Below are positions 1 through 10,162 of a stretch of 64,000 bases of DNA, piece after piece. Where the stretch lies: assembly GCA_044229475.1 (NCBI GenBank), contig JBGASW010000003.1, forward strand, positions 390,838 to 454,837, in the 5' to 3' direction. This DNA comes from Thermoanaerobaculia bacterium. GTDB taxonomy: Bacteria > Acidobacteriota > Thermoanaerobaculia > UBA5066. The notes below the pieces were generated by a model. The model was not told where the DNA came from. It searched no databases and saw only the letters and a program-made list of their open reading frames with translations. Position numbers and translations under genes: made by a program. How positions within the stretch are numbered: the stretch's first letter is position 1; the number at the start of each line of letters is the position of its first letter.

Positions 1-312
1 TTCGTCCTCGCGTTCGGCCTGCCGTGCGCGGTCCGCGCCGCGGCCGAGAGCCCGGCCGCGGGAGCCGCGTTCCTGTCGGGCCTCGTCTTCACGGCGGGCC
101 TCGCCGCGGGATTCGGCTCCCTCACCGGCGGGGGCAAGCTATTCCTCGGCGTCTACACGGCCGTCTGGTACTTCGCCGTGAACCGTCTCCCGATCTCGGA
201 CTTCACGGGCCTCTTCGCGGAGCCGTCGGCCCTGAAGGCCGCCGCGTTCGCCCTCGCGGGCGCCGCGGCGGTGGGGGGCGCGCTCGCGGCCGAGGGCCGC
301 TCGCGCGCCTGA
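1..312 (+). CDS. C-terminal fragment of a hydrophobic membrane protein (5' end lies outside the window)
   Basis: Frame 1 is open from base 1 to the TGA at 310-312. The translation (FVLAFGLPCAV...GVYTAVWYFAVNRLPISDF...) is hydrophobic and membrane-like. No start codon is present in the window. Confidence 0.35.
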   Translation, partial: FVLAFGLPCAVRAAAESPAAGAAFLSGLVFTAGLAAGFGSLTGGGKLFLGVYTAVWYFAVNRLPISDFTGLFAEPSALKAAAFALAGAAAVGGALAAEGRSRA

Positions 313-363
313 AGGGGCCCCGACGCCGTTACACTCGCGTCCGCGAAACGGCGAGGTGACGGC

Positions 364-1713
364 GTGCCCCCAATCTCTTTCATTCGCAGAAATCTCTCCT
401 TTCTTCTCTTGCTTTCGCTCGCGGCGCCGGCCGCCGTCGTCGAGAGGCTGCCGCCCATGCGCGAGCAGCACGCGATTCGGCAGGAGTGGGTGAAGGAGCG
501 GCTCGAGAAGGTCGTGCCGGCGCTCATGAGAAAGCACGGCGTCGCGATGTGGCTCGTCGTGTGCCGCGAGTACCACGAAGACCCGGTCTTCTTCTCGCTC
601 GTCTCGCCGTCGACGATGGCCGCGCGCCGCCGGACGATCCTCGTCTTCTTCGACCGCGGCGGCGACAAGGGCGTCGAGCGCCTCGCCCTTGGCGGCGGCT
701 CGAACGGCGGCCTCTACACGGTGTACCGCGACCCCGAGGTCGAGAACCGCGAGCTCTGGGGCAACGCCCAGTGGGCGCTGCTCCGCAAGCTCGTGGACGA
801 GAAGAAGCCCGCGAACATCGCCGTGGATATTTCGAGGACGCACGCGTTCTCCGACGGCCTCTCCGCGGGCGACCGCGAGGAGCTGGAGGAGGCGCTCGGC
901 CCGTGGAAGGAGAAGATCGTCCGCGCCGAGCTCCTCCCTCTCGAGGTCATCGAGACGCGAGTGCCCGGCATGCTCCCGACGTACCGGCGGATGATGGCGA
1001 TCGCGCACGGGATCATCGCGAAGGCGTTCTCGGCCGAGGTCATCACGCCGGGCGTGACGACGACCGAGGACGTCGTCTGGTGGATGCGCCAGCGCGTGAA
1101 CGACATGGGGCTGGGCGAGTGGTTCCCGCCGACGGTCGACGTCCAGCGGCCGGGCGTCACGGCCAAGAGCAGCCTCGCCGAGACGAAGCCCGTCGTGATC
1201 CGGCGGGGCGACGTCCTGCACTGCGACTTCGGCATCCGGGCGATGGGGCTCAACACCGACACGCAGCACATGGCGTACGTCCTCAAGGAGGGCGAGACGG
1301 ACGCGCCCGAGGGCCTGAGGAAGGCGCTCGCGAACTCGAACCGCCTGCAGGACCTCGTCCTCGCGCGGATGAAGCCGGGCCGGACCGGCAACGAGGTGCT
1401 CCTCGACGCGCTCGCGGCCGCGAAAGCCGAAGGCCTCGAGGGTTCGGTCTACTCGCACCCGATCGGCGACCACGGCCACGGCGCGGGCCCGATCGTGGGC
1501 CTGTGGGACCGCCAGACGGCGATTCCCGGGCGCGGCGACGTGAAGATCGTCCCCTCGACGTGGTTCTCGATCGAGCTGCAGGCGACGACGCCCGTGCCCG
1601 AGTGGGGCGGCCAGCCCGTCTCGATGATGCAAGAGGAGGACGCGGCGATCGCCGACGACGGGACGATCGCGTGGGTCCTCCCGCGCCAGACGAAGTTTCA
1701 CCTCGTGCGCTGA
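364..1713 (+). CDS. Secreted M24-family metallopeptidase (Xaa-Pro aminopeptidase/creatinase-like)
   Basis: 449-aa ORF with an N-terminal signal peptide (LSFLLLLSLAAPAAV). The C-terminal 'pita-bread' region carries His/Asp/Glu-rich motifs (VLHCDFGIRAMGLNTD...HPIGDHGHGAGP) typical of M24 peptidases. Confidence 0.75.
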   Translation: MPPISFIRRNLSFLLLLSLAAPAAVVERLPPMREQHAIRQEWVKERLEKVVPALMRKHGVAMWLVVCREYHEDPVFFSLVSPSTMAARRRTILVFFDRGGDKGVERLALGGGSNGGLYTVYRDPEVENRELWGNAQWALLRKLVDEKKPANIAVDISRTHAFSDGLSAGDREELEEALGPWKEKIVRAELLPLEVIETRVPGMLPTYRRMMAIAHGIIAKAFSAEVITPGVTTTEDVVWWMRQRVNDMGLGEWFPPTVDVQRPGVTAKSSLAETKPVVIRRGDVLHCDFGIRAMGLNTDTQHMAYVLKEGETDAPEGLRKALANSNRLQDLVLARMKPGRTGNEVLLDALAAAKAEGLEGSVYSHPIGDHGHGAGPIVGLWDRQTAIPGRGDVKIVPSTWFSIELQATTPVPEWGGQPVSMMQEEDAAIADDGTIAWVLPRQTKFHLVR

Positions 1714-3326
1714 GGGCAGAGCGTCGCAAGGCGCGGCGGCGTCGGCCCCGTCCGCGGGACGAGCCGCCCGAGGTCCGGCGGGGCCGTGAACGGAAACGCG
1801 CCGCGCGGGAGCTCGTCCAGCCGCGTCACGCCTCCGCTCGGGTCCTCGTGGAACACGGCGACCTTCTCCCACGGGACGAGCGCCGAGGACGCGTCGCCCC
1901 AGCGCACCTCCAGGCCGTCCGCTCGGGCCTCCGGCGTCCCGTTCCAGCGGTAACGCAGGTCGCGGCCGTAGACGTAGACGAGGAGATCCGCCTGCCGGTG
2001 GACGACCCGGAGGGCGTCGGCGAGGTGGACGTCCGTGAGTGTCAGCCCGAGGACGTCCTCCGCGCGCGGCGGACCATCCGCGTCGAGCAGGAGAAGAGCC
2101 GAACCCGGTGGCGGCGAGGGCGCGCCCTCGGCGAGCGACCGGACGATGTTGCCGACGCGCTCCGACGTCCCGAGGGCCTCGGCGCGGCGGGCCCGCCCGG
2201 CGGACACGCCGAGGACGAGTACGGCGAGCGCGCAGCCGGCGCGCAGCGCGCGTGGGCGCAGCCTGCCGAGCGCGGCCGTGAAGACGACGGCCGCGCCCAC
2301 CGAGCCGAGGAGATGCACGCGGCGGTCCTCGTGGCGGAGCGCGGGCGCGACCGCGAACGGAAGGACGCCGAGGACGACGAAGACGAGACCGGCGAGGAGG
2401 GCGCGACCCGACGGAAACACGCGCCGCGCCGCGGGAGCGCGCCACGTGAACGCGAGGGCGGCGGCCGCGGCGATCGCGGCGGCGGCGTCCCCGAGGGCGA
2501 ACGACACCCACGCCCGGCTCCCCGCGTCGAATGGCGCGGCGAGCTCGGCCGTGCCCATTCGGGCGGCGGCGCCCACCGTCGCGACCGCACGTTGGGTGAG
2601 GGACTCGGCTCCGGCCGCGAAGAGCCGCGCCGTGTAGTCGCCTCCGCGCGGGGAGATCGCGGCCCAGCGGACGAGAAGGGCCGCGGGGACGGCGTACCAG
2701 GCGGCGAGGACTGCGCGCGACGGGCGCCGGCCATCCGCCAGGAGCGGCACGAGCGCCGGCGCGGCGAGGAGGACGAGCAGCGGGCTCTCGTAGACGAGCA
2801 GCGCGCCTGCCGCGCACGCCGCCATCACGGCGATGCGCGCGGGCCGCGGCCGCTCGACGGCGCGCGCGAGGAGGAGGATGGCGGCGAGCGTGAGCGCGAC
2901 CGCCGCACGGTGCGGGAGGTCGCGCGCGTGGAAGAGCGACGTGTCGGCGGGCGCGAGGGCGGCGAGGGCGGCGCCTGCCGCGGCAGCGGCCGGGTCCGGC
3001 ACGAGGCGGACGAGGAGGGCGGCGGCGGCGAGCGCGGTGAGAGCCAGCAGGGCGAGGAGGACGACTTTCTCCCCTGCGAAGGAGTCGGGCGCGAGGGCGC
3101 GCCCGAACGCGTACGGGACCGCGGCGAACGGCCGCGTCGGCATCGACGCAAGGACATCCGGCGCGATCCACGGCTGGCCGCGGTCGAACGCCCAGCGGAA
3201 CGACCACTCCTCGACCACGCCCGGGGCCGCGAGCGGCAGGCCCGCGGCCGCCGCCGCGAGGGCCGCGAGGGCGGTCGCGGCGGCGGCGCGAAACGCCGCG
3301 CGCCGCCCGTCAGAGGGCGGCGTCAC
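1698..3326 (-). CDS. Polytopic membrane protein, possibly a GT39/GT83-like (ArnT/PMT-like) glycosyltransferase
   Basis: 542-aa ORF with many predicted TM helices in the N-terminal two thirds and a soluble C-terminal domain. It converges on, and overlaps by 16 bp, the M24 peptidase gene. Confidence 0.5.
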   Translation of the reverse strand: MTPPSDGRRAAFRAAAATALAALAAAAAGLPLAAPGVVEEWSFRWAFDRGQPWIAPDVLASMPTRPFAAVPYAFGRALAPDSFAGEKVVLLALLALTALAAAALLVRLVPDPAAAAAGAALAALAPADTSLFHARDLPHRAAVALTLAAILLLARAVERPRPARIAVMAACAAGALLVYESPLLVLLAAPALVPLLADGRRPSRAVLAAWYAVPAALLVRWAAISPRGGDYTARLFAAGAESLTQRAVATVGAAARMGTAELAAPFDAGSRAWVSFALGDAAAAIAAAAALAFTWRAPAARRVFPSGRALLAGLVFVVLGVLPFAVAPALRHEDRRVHLLGSVGAAVVFTAALGRLRPRALRAGCALAVLVLGVSAGRARRAEALGTSERVGNIVRSLAEGAPSPPPGSALLLLDADGPPRAEDVLGLTLTDVHLADALRVVHRQADLLVYVYGRDLRYRWNGTPEARADGLEVRWGDASSALVPWEKVAVFHEDPSGGVTRLDELPRGAFPFTAPPDLGRLVPRTGPTPPRLATLCPQRTR

Positions 3327-5106
3327 CGCCGGCCGCGCGCTTTTTCTCTTCCCGCTTCAGGTTCCACATGATGAGCACGAAGGCGACGACAGCGACGTCG
3401 AGGAGCTCGAAGCCGGTGAGGATCCGTCCGAACACGATCTTGCCGATCCCGAACAGGGCCGTGTACACGAGGAGGATCCCGAGGCCCCAGTTCAGGAAGG
3501 ACATCGCGCCGCCCGGGATCGGCTCGCGGCCGAAGCCGAGCCGTGCCGAGACGCGCGCCCAGCCCGGCCCGCCGGGCCGCACGCGTGTGTAGAAGGCGTC
3601 GAGCGTCGCGTCGGGCTCGGGCGCGGTCAGGAACGTCACGGCCAGCCAGACCAGCGTCGTCGCGACGACCGTCACGAGCATCACGATCGCCTGCTGCTCG
3701 AACTCCCCGCCCGGCCCCGTCCCCTTCGGGACGAACGCGAAGGCCGCGAGCGAGACGGCCATGGACGTCACCATCGCGGAGATCTCGCTCCACGCGTTGA
3801 CGCGCCACCAGTACCAGCGGAGGATCAGGACGAGACCCGTCCCGCTCCCGAGCGCGAGGAGGAACCGCCAGGCACCTTCGATGGACGAGAGGTTGAGCGT
3901 CACGACGATGGACAGCAGGAACAGCAAGACCGTCGTCCAACGCGAGACAGCGACGTAGTGCTTCTCGCTCGCACCCCTTCTCAGGAATCTCTTGTAGACG
4001 TCCCCGACCAGATACGAAGCCCCCCAATTCAGATGTGTCCCCACGGTCGACATGTACGCGGCCGCGAAGCCGGCGAGCATGAAGCCCTTCCAGCCGGCCG
4101 GCATGAGGTCGACCATCGCCTGGACGTACGCCGCTTCGTGGTCCGGATTGCCGTTCACGAGGACGCCGGCGGGGTAGAGGAGCACCGTCGCGAGGCCCGT
4201 GAGGATCCACGGCCACGGCCGGAGCGCGTAATGGCCGACGTTGAAGAACAGCGTCGCGAGGATGCCGTCGCGCTCGGTCTTTGCCGAGAAAATGCGCTGC
4301 GCGACGTAGCCGCCGCCGCCGGGCTCGGCGCCGGGGTACCACGCGGCCCACCACTGCACGCCGAGGAACGTGAAGAGTGCGATCGCGGGCATCCACGCCG
4401 ACCCCGCGGGCGGGAGGAAGGAGATCGCGGCGTCGACGGAGCCGAAGTGCTTCGCGAGCCCTTCCTCGAGCGCCACGATTCCGCCGACCTTCTTCACCGC
4501 GAAATACGCGAGGAGGATGACGGCGGTCATCTTGATGACGAGCTGGACGAGGTCGGTCCAGAGAACGGCCCACATTCCGGCCGCCGCTGAGTAGCCGACC
4601 GTGATCACGAAGCAGAGGCCGACGGCCCAGAGCGGACGGATCCCCAGCGAGATCTGGAGGATCTTGACCATCGCGAGCGTGACCCAGCCGAGGATGATGA
4701 GATTGATCGGGAGCGCGAGATAGAGCGCGCGGAAGCCGCGCAGGAACGTCGCGGGCTTCCCGCTGTAGCGGATCTCTGCGAACTCGACGTCCGTCATGAC
4801 CTTCGCGCGGCGCCAGAGGCGCGCGTAGAGGAACACCGTGAGCGTCCCGGACATCACGAAGTTCCACCAGATCCAGTTGCCCGCGACGCCGTGCGCGGCG
4901 ACGAGGCCCGTCACGACGAGCGGCGTGTCGGCCGCGAACGTCGTCGCGATCATCGCGGCGCCCGCGAGCCACCACGGCACCTTGCGGCCGGCGACGAAGT
5001 ACTCCTCGAGCGACTCGCCGCCCTTCTTTGTGAAGGCGAAGCCGATCCCGATCGAGAGGGCGAAGTACGCGAAGACGATGGCCCAGTCGATTACGGTGAG
5101 GTTCAT
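3310..5106 (-). CDS. Sodium:solute symporter family (SSF) transporter
   Basis: 598-aa polytopic protein with SSF-like conserved segments (GRKVPWWLAGAAMIATTFAADTPLVVTG...). About 13 predicted TM helices. Confidence 0.8.
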   Translation of the reverse strand: MNLTVIDWAIVFAYFALSIGIGFAFTKKGGESLEEYFVAGRKVPWWLAGAAMIATTFAADTPLVVTGLVAAHGVAGNWIWWNFVMSGTLTVFLYARLWRRAKVMTDVEFAEIRYSGKPATFLRGFRALYLALPINLIILGWVTLAMVKILQISLGIRPLWAVGLCFVITVGYSAAAGMWAVLWTDLVQLVIKMTAVILLAYFAVKKVGGIVALEEGLAKHFGSVDAAISFLPPAGSAWMPAIALFTFLGVQWWAAWYPGAEPGGGGYVAQRIFSAKTERDGILATLFFNVGHYALRPWPWILTGLATVLLYPAGVLVNGNPDHEAAYVQAMVDLMPAGWKGFMLAGFAAAYMSTVGTHLNWGASYLVGDVYKRFLRRGASEKHYVAVSRWTTVLLFLLSIVVTLNLSSIEGAWRFLLALGSGTGLVLILRWYWWRVNAWSEISAMVTSMAVSLAAFAFVPKGTGPGGEFEQQAIVMLVTVVATTLVWLAVTFLTAPEPDATLDAFYTRVRPGGPGWARVSARLGFGREPIPGGAMSFLNWGLGILLVYTALFGIGKIVFGRILTGFELLDVAVVAFVLIMWNLKREEKKRAAGGDAAL

Positions 5107-5192
5107 GCCGCGGGCGTCCGATTCATGCGTGACCTCCGAGGATTGACCGCGATGCTACGACAGGGAGAGACTGAGTCGCCTCTGGAGGTTCC

Positions 5193-8100
5193 ATGCGCCG
5201 CGTCCCTCTCGCCGTCCCGCTGGCCATGCTGTTCCTGTTCCCCGGCGTGCGCGCCGCGGCGGGCGACGAGAGCGCGAAGGGCGAGTTCGCCGAGCGCCTC
5301 GAGCGCGCGCGGAAGGCCGAGGAGCGCTTCCGGGAAATGCACGGCGCGGCGCGCAGCGAGGTCTTCCGCCGGGCCGCCGTGATCGGATCGGCCGAGAGGC
5401 GGGCCGAGCTCGAGCGCGCGCGGCGGTCGCCTCTTGCAGCCGGCCCCACGTGGGTGTCGCTCGGGCCCGCCGACGCGCCTCAAGGGAACTTCAACGGAGC
5501 GTTCCCCGGGCTCACGGACTCGGGCCTGATCAACGCCATCGCGATCCATCCGTCCGAGCCCCGGACGATCTTCGTCGGTCCCGCGGGCGGCGGCGTCTGG
5601 CGGTCCCGGGATGCGGGCGCGACGTGGGCGCCGCTCACGGACGACATCGGGCCGACGCCGATCGGGGCGATCGCGATCGCCCCGTCCGACCCGAAGCGGA
5701 TCTACGCGGGAGGCGGCTCGGGCCGTCAGTCTCTCGGCAACGACGTGCCGGGACCGGGTCTTCTCGTTTCAACGGACGGGGGCGACACGTGGACGCTCTC
5801 CGCGTCCTCTCCGGGCGGCGAGTTCTGGTTCATCCGCGTGGATCCGGCGAACCCGCGCGTCCTCCTCGCCGGGACCGACAAGGGGCTCCTGCGTTCCACG
5901 GACGGGGGCGACACGTGGACGAAGACGCTGGCCGCCGCGGGCGACGCATGGGCGAACGCCCTCGCCGTGTCGCCCGCGAACCCGTCCCTCCTGCTCGCCG
6001 CGACGTTCCGGCGGGGCGTCGAATCCTTTCAGGGCGGGGCCTGTGTCGTGCCCGCGAGCTCGACGTACCGGCCGGGCCGTCTCTGGAAGTCGACGGACGG
6101 CGGCGCGACGTGGGACGAAAACGTCAACCTGCCCGGCTCCGGGCCGCCGGTCAAACGGTCGCGCGTCGAGCTCGCGTTCGCGCCCTCGGACCCGGCAGTC
6201 GTGTACGCGTTGATCGCGAAGGGCTCCGTCGACGCGAACGGCTGCTCCGACGACCTGACGTACGGCGACCTCTTCGACGTCGCGAAGTCCACCGACGGGG
6301 GAGACTCGTGGTCTGCGCTCGGCGCAGCCGACGCCCTCAAGGACCTCCCGAACGGGCAGATGTACTACGCGGCCGCCCTCAGCGTCGACCCGAGGGACGC
6401 CCGGACGGTGTGGGTCGGCGGCCTCGACAACTACAAGTCGACCGACGGAGGCGCCACGTGGAAACGCGTCTCGGCCTGGACCAACGGAAGGCCGGCCGCG
6501 CCATACGTCCACGCGGACCAGCATTTCCATCTCTGGGCTCCGGACGGGTCGACGCTCTATCTCGGCTGCGACGGGGGGCTGTTCTCGACGACGGACGGCG
6601 GCGCTTCGTACGCGAGCCTGAACCGGGGACTCGTGACGTTCCAGTTCTTTTCGGTCTGCCAGAGCCCCGCGGCGCCCGGCGTCGTGATGGGCGGCGCTCA
6701 GGACAACGGCACGAGCCTGCGCAAGGCCGACGGGTCGTGGACGCAGGTCATCGGGGGAGACGGGTTTGGATGCCTCCTCCATCCGACGAACCCCCAGATC
6801 CTCCTCGGCAGCGTGCAGAACGAGAGGTTCTATCGCTCGACCGACGGCGGGAATCTCTTCGGCGGAGTCAGCATCACGCCCGGGACCGGCGACACTTCGA
6901 CCTTCTTGACGAGGCTCGTCCAGGATCCCGCCTCTCCCGAGCACGTCCTGACGTCGACGACGCTTCGCCTGTGGGAGTCGCTCGACGGCGGGGGAACCTG
7001 GAAGGGCCTGGGGACGGGCACGATCCCCGGGATCGCGTCCGTGCGCGACTTCGCGCTCAGCCCGATCGACTCGAAGATCGTCGGCGTCGCCGCGAATTCT
7101 GGGAAGGTCCTCCTGTCCTCGGACGGCGGCGCCACGTTTTCCCCGGCGGGGACGCTGCCCGTGAACACGCTCTCGTCGATCCGGTTCGACCGGACGAACC
7201 CGCGCAATCTCTGGGTGGCCAGCGCGCTCGCGACGGCGGGGGTCGAGCGCGTGTTTGCATCTACGGACGGCGGCGCGACATGGAGCGCGATCTCGCGCAC
7301 TGGCAAGCCCAACGGCCTCCCGGACCTTCCGGTCGCGCAGATGGAGCAGGATCCGCTCGACCCGAACGTCCTCTGGGCCGTGTCGTACGTCGGCGTCTAC
7401 CGGTCGCCCGACCGCGGCGGAACCTGGGCGCGCTACGGGACGGGCCTCCCGAACGTTCCGCTCTCGGCGATCTCGATCCTGCCGGACGGGTCGAAGATGC
7501 GCCTCGCGACTTTCGGGCGCGCCATCTGGGAGATCTCGCTGGTGGCGCTGCCGCCGGACCAGCCGCCGTCGGCGGCGATCGACGTGCCGGCCGCGACGCC
7601 GACGCTCGACGCGGGTCTCCCGGCGAGCTTCCACGGCGTCGCGACGGATCCCGACGCCGGCGACGTCCTGACCCTGACGTGGGACTTCGGCGACGGGAGG
7701 ACGGCGGCGGGCGCGTCCGCGTCCCACGCGTTCGCGGTTCCCGGGACGTACACGGTGAAATTCCGCGCGACGGACGCGGCCGGCCTCTTCGCCGAAGCGA
7801 CGCGCACCGTGAACGTCCGCATCCCCCAGGGCAGCGTCGCGACCGGGCCCGAGCTCTTCCTCCCCGTCGTCCTCGACGTCGTCGGCGCGGGCGGGGCCCA
7901 CTACACGACCGAGCTCACGCTCATCTCCCGGGCCGCGTCGCCCACGACGGTCCTCCTGCAGTACACGGGGTCTGCGGGCGGGGGCTCGGGTTACGCGAGC
8001 GTCACCCTCCAGCCGGGCGAGGTCCGGGTCGTCCCCGACGCGATCTCCTTCCTGACGTCGGCGGGACTGCCTCTCCCGGCGGACGGGACGCGGATCGGAA

Positions 8101-9248
8101 CGCTGCGCGCGATCTATCCGGGGGCGGCGGCGGACGAGGTCTTCATCGGCGGCCGGACGTCCACGCCGGGCGCCGGCGGCACGTTCGGCCTCTTCTATAC
8201 CGGGGCGTCGGCGTCCGCGACGACGGCCACGGTCTTCGGCCTCCAGCAGAGCGCGGCGCAGCGCTCGAACCTCGCGCTCGTGAACGCAGGACCCGATCCC
8301 GTCACCCTGCGCGTCGCGCTCCAGGGCCCGAACGGCGAGGCCCTGACGGGGCCCTCCGACCAGACGTTGCCGGGCTGGGGCTGGACGCAGATCAACCAGC
8401 CGCTCCTCGGGCAGGCGGACTCGGGCCGCGCCGTCGTCACGAAAATCTCCGGAGCCGGCCCGTTCACGGCGTACGGCGTCCTGAACGACGCGACGACATC
8501 GGACGGCAGCTTCGTTCCGGCGCTCGTGCCCGGCGACGTCTCCGGCGCCGACCGCCTCGTCCCGATCGTCCTGGCGGCCGCGGGCTACCGGAGCGAGCTG
8601 ACGCTGACGAATTTCACGACCGAGCCGATGCCCCTCACGCTCACGTACACGGGTTCGCCGCAGCTCTCGGCGTCCGGCTCGGGCTCCGCGGCGCTGACGC
8701 TCCAGCCCGGCGAGCAGAGGATCCTGCCCGACTCCATGGCTTTTCTGAGAAGTCTCGGTCTTCAGATTCCTTCCTCCGGCAACGTGGGCGGAGCGCTGCG
8801 GGTCAAGGCGCCGAACGGAACGCCGGCCTCCTCTCTGGCGGCGGGCGCGCGGACGTTCACGAACGCGGCGGGCGGCGGCACGTTCGGCCTCTTCTACCCG
8901 GGCCTCACGCACGGCGAGAGCGCGACCGCGCTCGCGTACATCAACGGCCTGCAGCAGAACGCCGTCCAGCGGTCGAACCTCGCGGTCGTCAACCGGGGCG
9001 ACGCGGCGGACGCGATCACGCTGAAGGTCACGTACTTCGGGGCGGACGGCGCGGCCCTCGCCGACCCCGACACCGCGACGCTCGCGCCGGGGGAGTGGAG
9101 GCAGTTCAACCAGCCGCTCGGCGCGCGCGGCGCGTTGGCCGGGTTCGCGAGGATCGAGCGGCTCGCGGGCGCGTCCCGGTGGGTCGCCTACGGCATCCTG
9201 AACGACCAGCACAACTCCGACGGGTCCTACATCCCGATGAGCCGGTAG
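5193..9248 (+). CDS. Large secreted BNR/Asp-box repeat (sortilin/Vps10-like) protein with a PKD domain and two tandem C-terminal ~250-aa domains
   Basis: Signal peptide, then multiple S-x-D-x-G-x-T-W BNR motifs (STDGGDTW, STDGGATW, STDGGDSW ...). A PKD-like segment ([38 protein letters not shown]) is followed by an internal tandem duplication (GGTFGLFY...GLQQ(S/N)A(A/V)QRSNLA(L/V)VN...(F/W)(T/V)AYG(V/I)LND...SDGS(F/Y)(V/I)P). Confidence 0.85.
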   Translation: MRRVPLAVPLAMLFLFPGVRAAAGDESAKGEFAERLERARKAEERFREMHGAARSEVFRRAAVIGSAERRAELERARRSPLAAGPTWVSLGPADAPQGNFNGAFPGLTDSGLINAIAIHPSEPRTIFVGPAGGGVWRSRDAGATWAPLTDDIGPTPIGAIAIAPSDPKRIYAGGGSGRQSLGNDVPGPGLLVSTDGGDTWTLSASSPGGEFWFIRVDPANPRVLLAGTDKGLLRSTDGGDTWTKTLAAAGDAWANALAVSPANPSLLLAATFRRGVESFQGGACVVPASSTYRPGRLWKSTDGGATWDENVNLPGSGPPVKRSRVELAFAPSDPAVVYALIAKGSVDANGCSDDLTYGDLFDVAKSTDGGDSWSALGAADALKDLPNGQMYYAAALSVDPRDARTVWVGGLDNYKSTDGGATWKRVSAWTNGRPAAPYVHADQHFHLWAPDGSTLYLGCDGGLFSTTDGGASYASLNRGLVTFQFFSVCQSPAAPGVVMGGAQDNGTSLRKADGSWTQVIGGDGFGCLLHPTNPQILLGSVQNERFYRSTDGGNLFGGVSITPGTGDTSTFLTRLVQDPASPEHVLTSTTLRLWESLDGGGTWKGLGTGTIPGIASVRDFALSPIDSKIVGVAANSGKVLLSSDGGATFSPAGTLPVNTLSSIRFDRTNPRNLWVASALATAGVERVFASTDGGATWSAISRTGKPNGLPDLPVAQMEQDPLDPNVLWAVSYVGVYRSPDRGGTWARYGTGLPNVPLSAISILPDGSKMRLATFGRAIWEISLVALPPDQPPSAAIDVPAATPTLDAGLPASFHGVATDPDAGDVLTLTWDFGDGRTAAGASASHAFAVPGTYTVKFRATDAAGLFAEATRTVNVRIPQGSVATGPELFLPVVLDVVGAGGAHYTTELTLISRAASPTTVLLQYTGSAGGGSGYASVTLQPGEVRVVPDAISFLTSAGLPLPADGTRIGTLRAIYPGAAADEVFIGGRTSTPGAGGTFGLFYTGASASATTATVFGLQQSAAQRSNLALVNAGPDPVTLRVALQGPNGEALTGPSDQTLPGWGWTQINQPLLGQADSGRAVVTKISGAGPFTAYGVLNDATTSDGSFVPALVPGDVSGADRLVPIVLAAAGYRSELTLTNFTTEPMPLTLTYTGSPQLSASGSGSAALTLQPGEQRILPDSMAFLRSLGLQIPSSGNVGGALRVKAPNGTPASSLAAGARTFTNAAGGGTFGLFYPGLTHGESATALAYINGLQQNAVQRSNLAVVNRGDAADAITLKVTYFGADGAALADPDTATLAPGEWRQFNQPLGARGALAGFARIERLAGASRWVAYGILNDQHNSDGSYIPMSR

Positions 9249-9269
9249 CCCGAGACTCCGTCGCGAAGG

Positions 9270-10139
9270 ATGGGTTTTCGCATTACGATGGCCGGCGATG
9301 AGCGCCCGGCCGTGAAAGACCTCTCGGAAGTCCTCGCCGCGGAAGGCGAGATCGTCCGCCTCGACCGCGACCACCCGGGATTCAAGGACCCCGTGTACCG
9401 GGCGCGACGCAACGAGATCGCGCTCCACGCGCTGCGCTACAAGGCGGGAGAGCCGATTCCGCGCGTCGACTACACACCCGAGGAGCAGGCGGTCTGGCGT
9501 CTCACCTGGGAACGGCTGGGGCCCCTCCACGAGACGTACGCGTGCCGCGAGTGGATCGAGAGCTCGAAGGTGCTCTCCCTCGACCGGACGGCCGTCCCCC
9601 AGCTCGCGGACGTGAACCCCACGCTCGCGCGCTCGGGCTTCCGCATGCTTCCCGTCGCGGGCCTGATCCAGGGCCGCGGCTTTCTCTCGGCGATGGCGCA
9701 GGGCGTGTTCCTGTCGACGCAGTACATGCGCCACCACTCCGTGCCCTTCTACACGCCGGAGCCGGACGTCATCCACGAGCTCGTCGGCCACGCCGCGAGC
9801 CTGTTCCACCCCGACATCGTCCGGCTGTCACGCCTCTTCGGCGAAGCGGCCGCGCGCGCGAGCGACGAGGGAATGAAACGCCTCGAGCTCGTCTACTGGT
9901 ACACGCTCGAGTTCGGGCTCGTCGAAGAGGGCGGCGCCCTCCGGACCTACGGAGCGGGCGTCCTCTCGTCGTTCGGGGAGATGGAGCGCATGACGACGGA
10001 AGCGGAGCTGCGCCCGCTGGACTTCGCGGACGCGTCGACGCGGCCGTACGACCCGACGCAGTACCAGCCCGTCCTCTACGTCTCGCCGTCGTGGGACCGG
10101 ATGGTCGCGGACGTCTCGGACTGGCTGAAGACGGTCTGA
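9270..10139 (+). CDS. phhA: Phenylalanine-4-hydroxylase (prokaryotic aromatic amino acid hydroxylase)
   Basis: 289-aa ORF containing the iron-binding motif EPDVIHELVGHAASL and the downstream Glu (YWYTLEFGL), as in the catalytic domain of pterin-dependent aromatic amino acid hydroxylases. Confidence 0.85.
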   Translation: MGFRITMAGDERPAVKDLSEVLAAEGEIVRLDRDHPGFKDPVYRARRNEIALHALRYKAGEPIPRVDYTPEEQAVWRLTWERLGPLHETYACREWIESSKVLSLDRTAVPQLADVNPTLARSGFRMLPVAGLIQGRGFLSAMAQGVFLSTQYMRHHSVPFYTPEPDVIHELVGHAASLFHPDIVRLSRLFGEAAARASDEGMKRLELVYWYTLEFGLVEEGGALRTYGAGVLSSFGEMERMTTEAELRPLDFADASTRPYDPTQYQPVLYVSPSWDRMVADVSDWLKTV

Positions 10140-10162
10140 CCCGCCGCCCGTAGACTCCCTTC

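Noticed and set aside
139-3207. 1022-aa minus-strand ORF (also 486-3371 on the plus strand, 961 aa), extremely Arg/Pro/Gly-rich
   Set aside because: High-GC antisense/alternate-frame artefact. It overlaps the well-supported M24 peptidase and membrane-protein genes, and its low-complexity RRPRG composition has no domain signatures.
5450-9809. Giant alternate-frame ORFs (5450-9301 on the plus strand, 1283 aa; 5769-9809 on the minus strand, 1346 aa) overlapping the BNR gene
   Set aside because: Arg-rich, non-protein-like composition. The frame carrying clear BNR/PKD motifs (5193-9248) explains this region.
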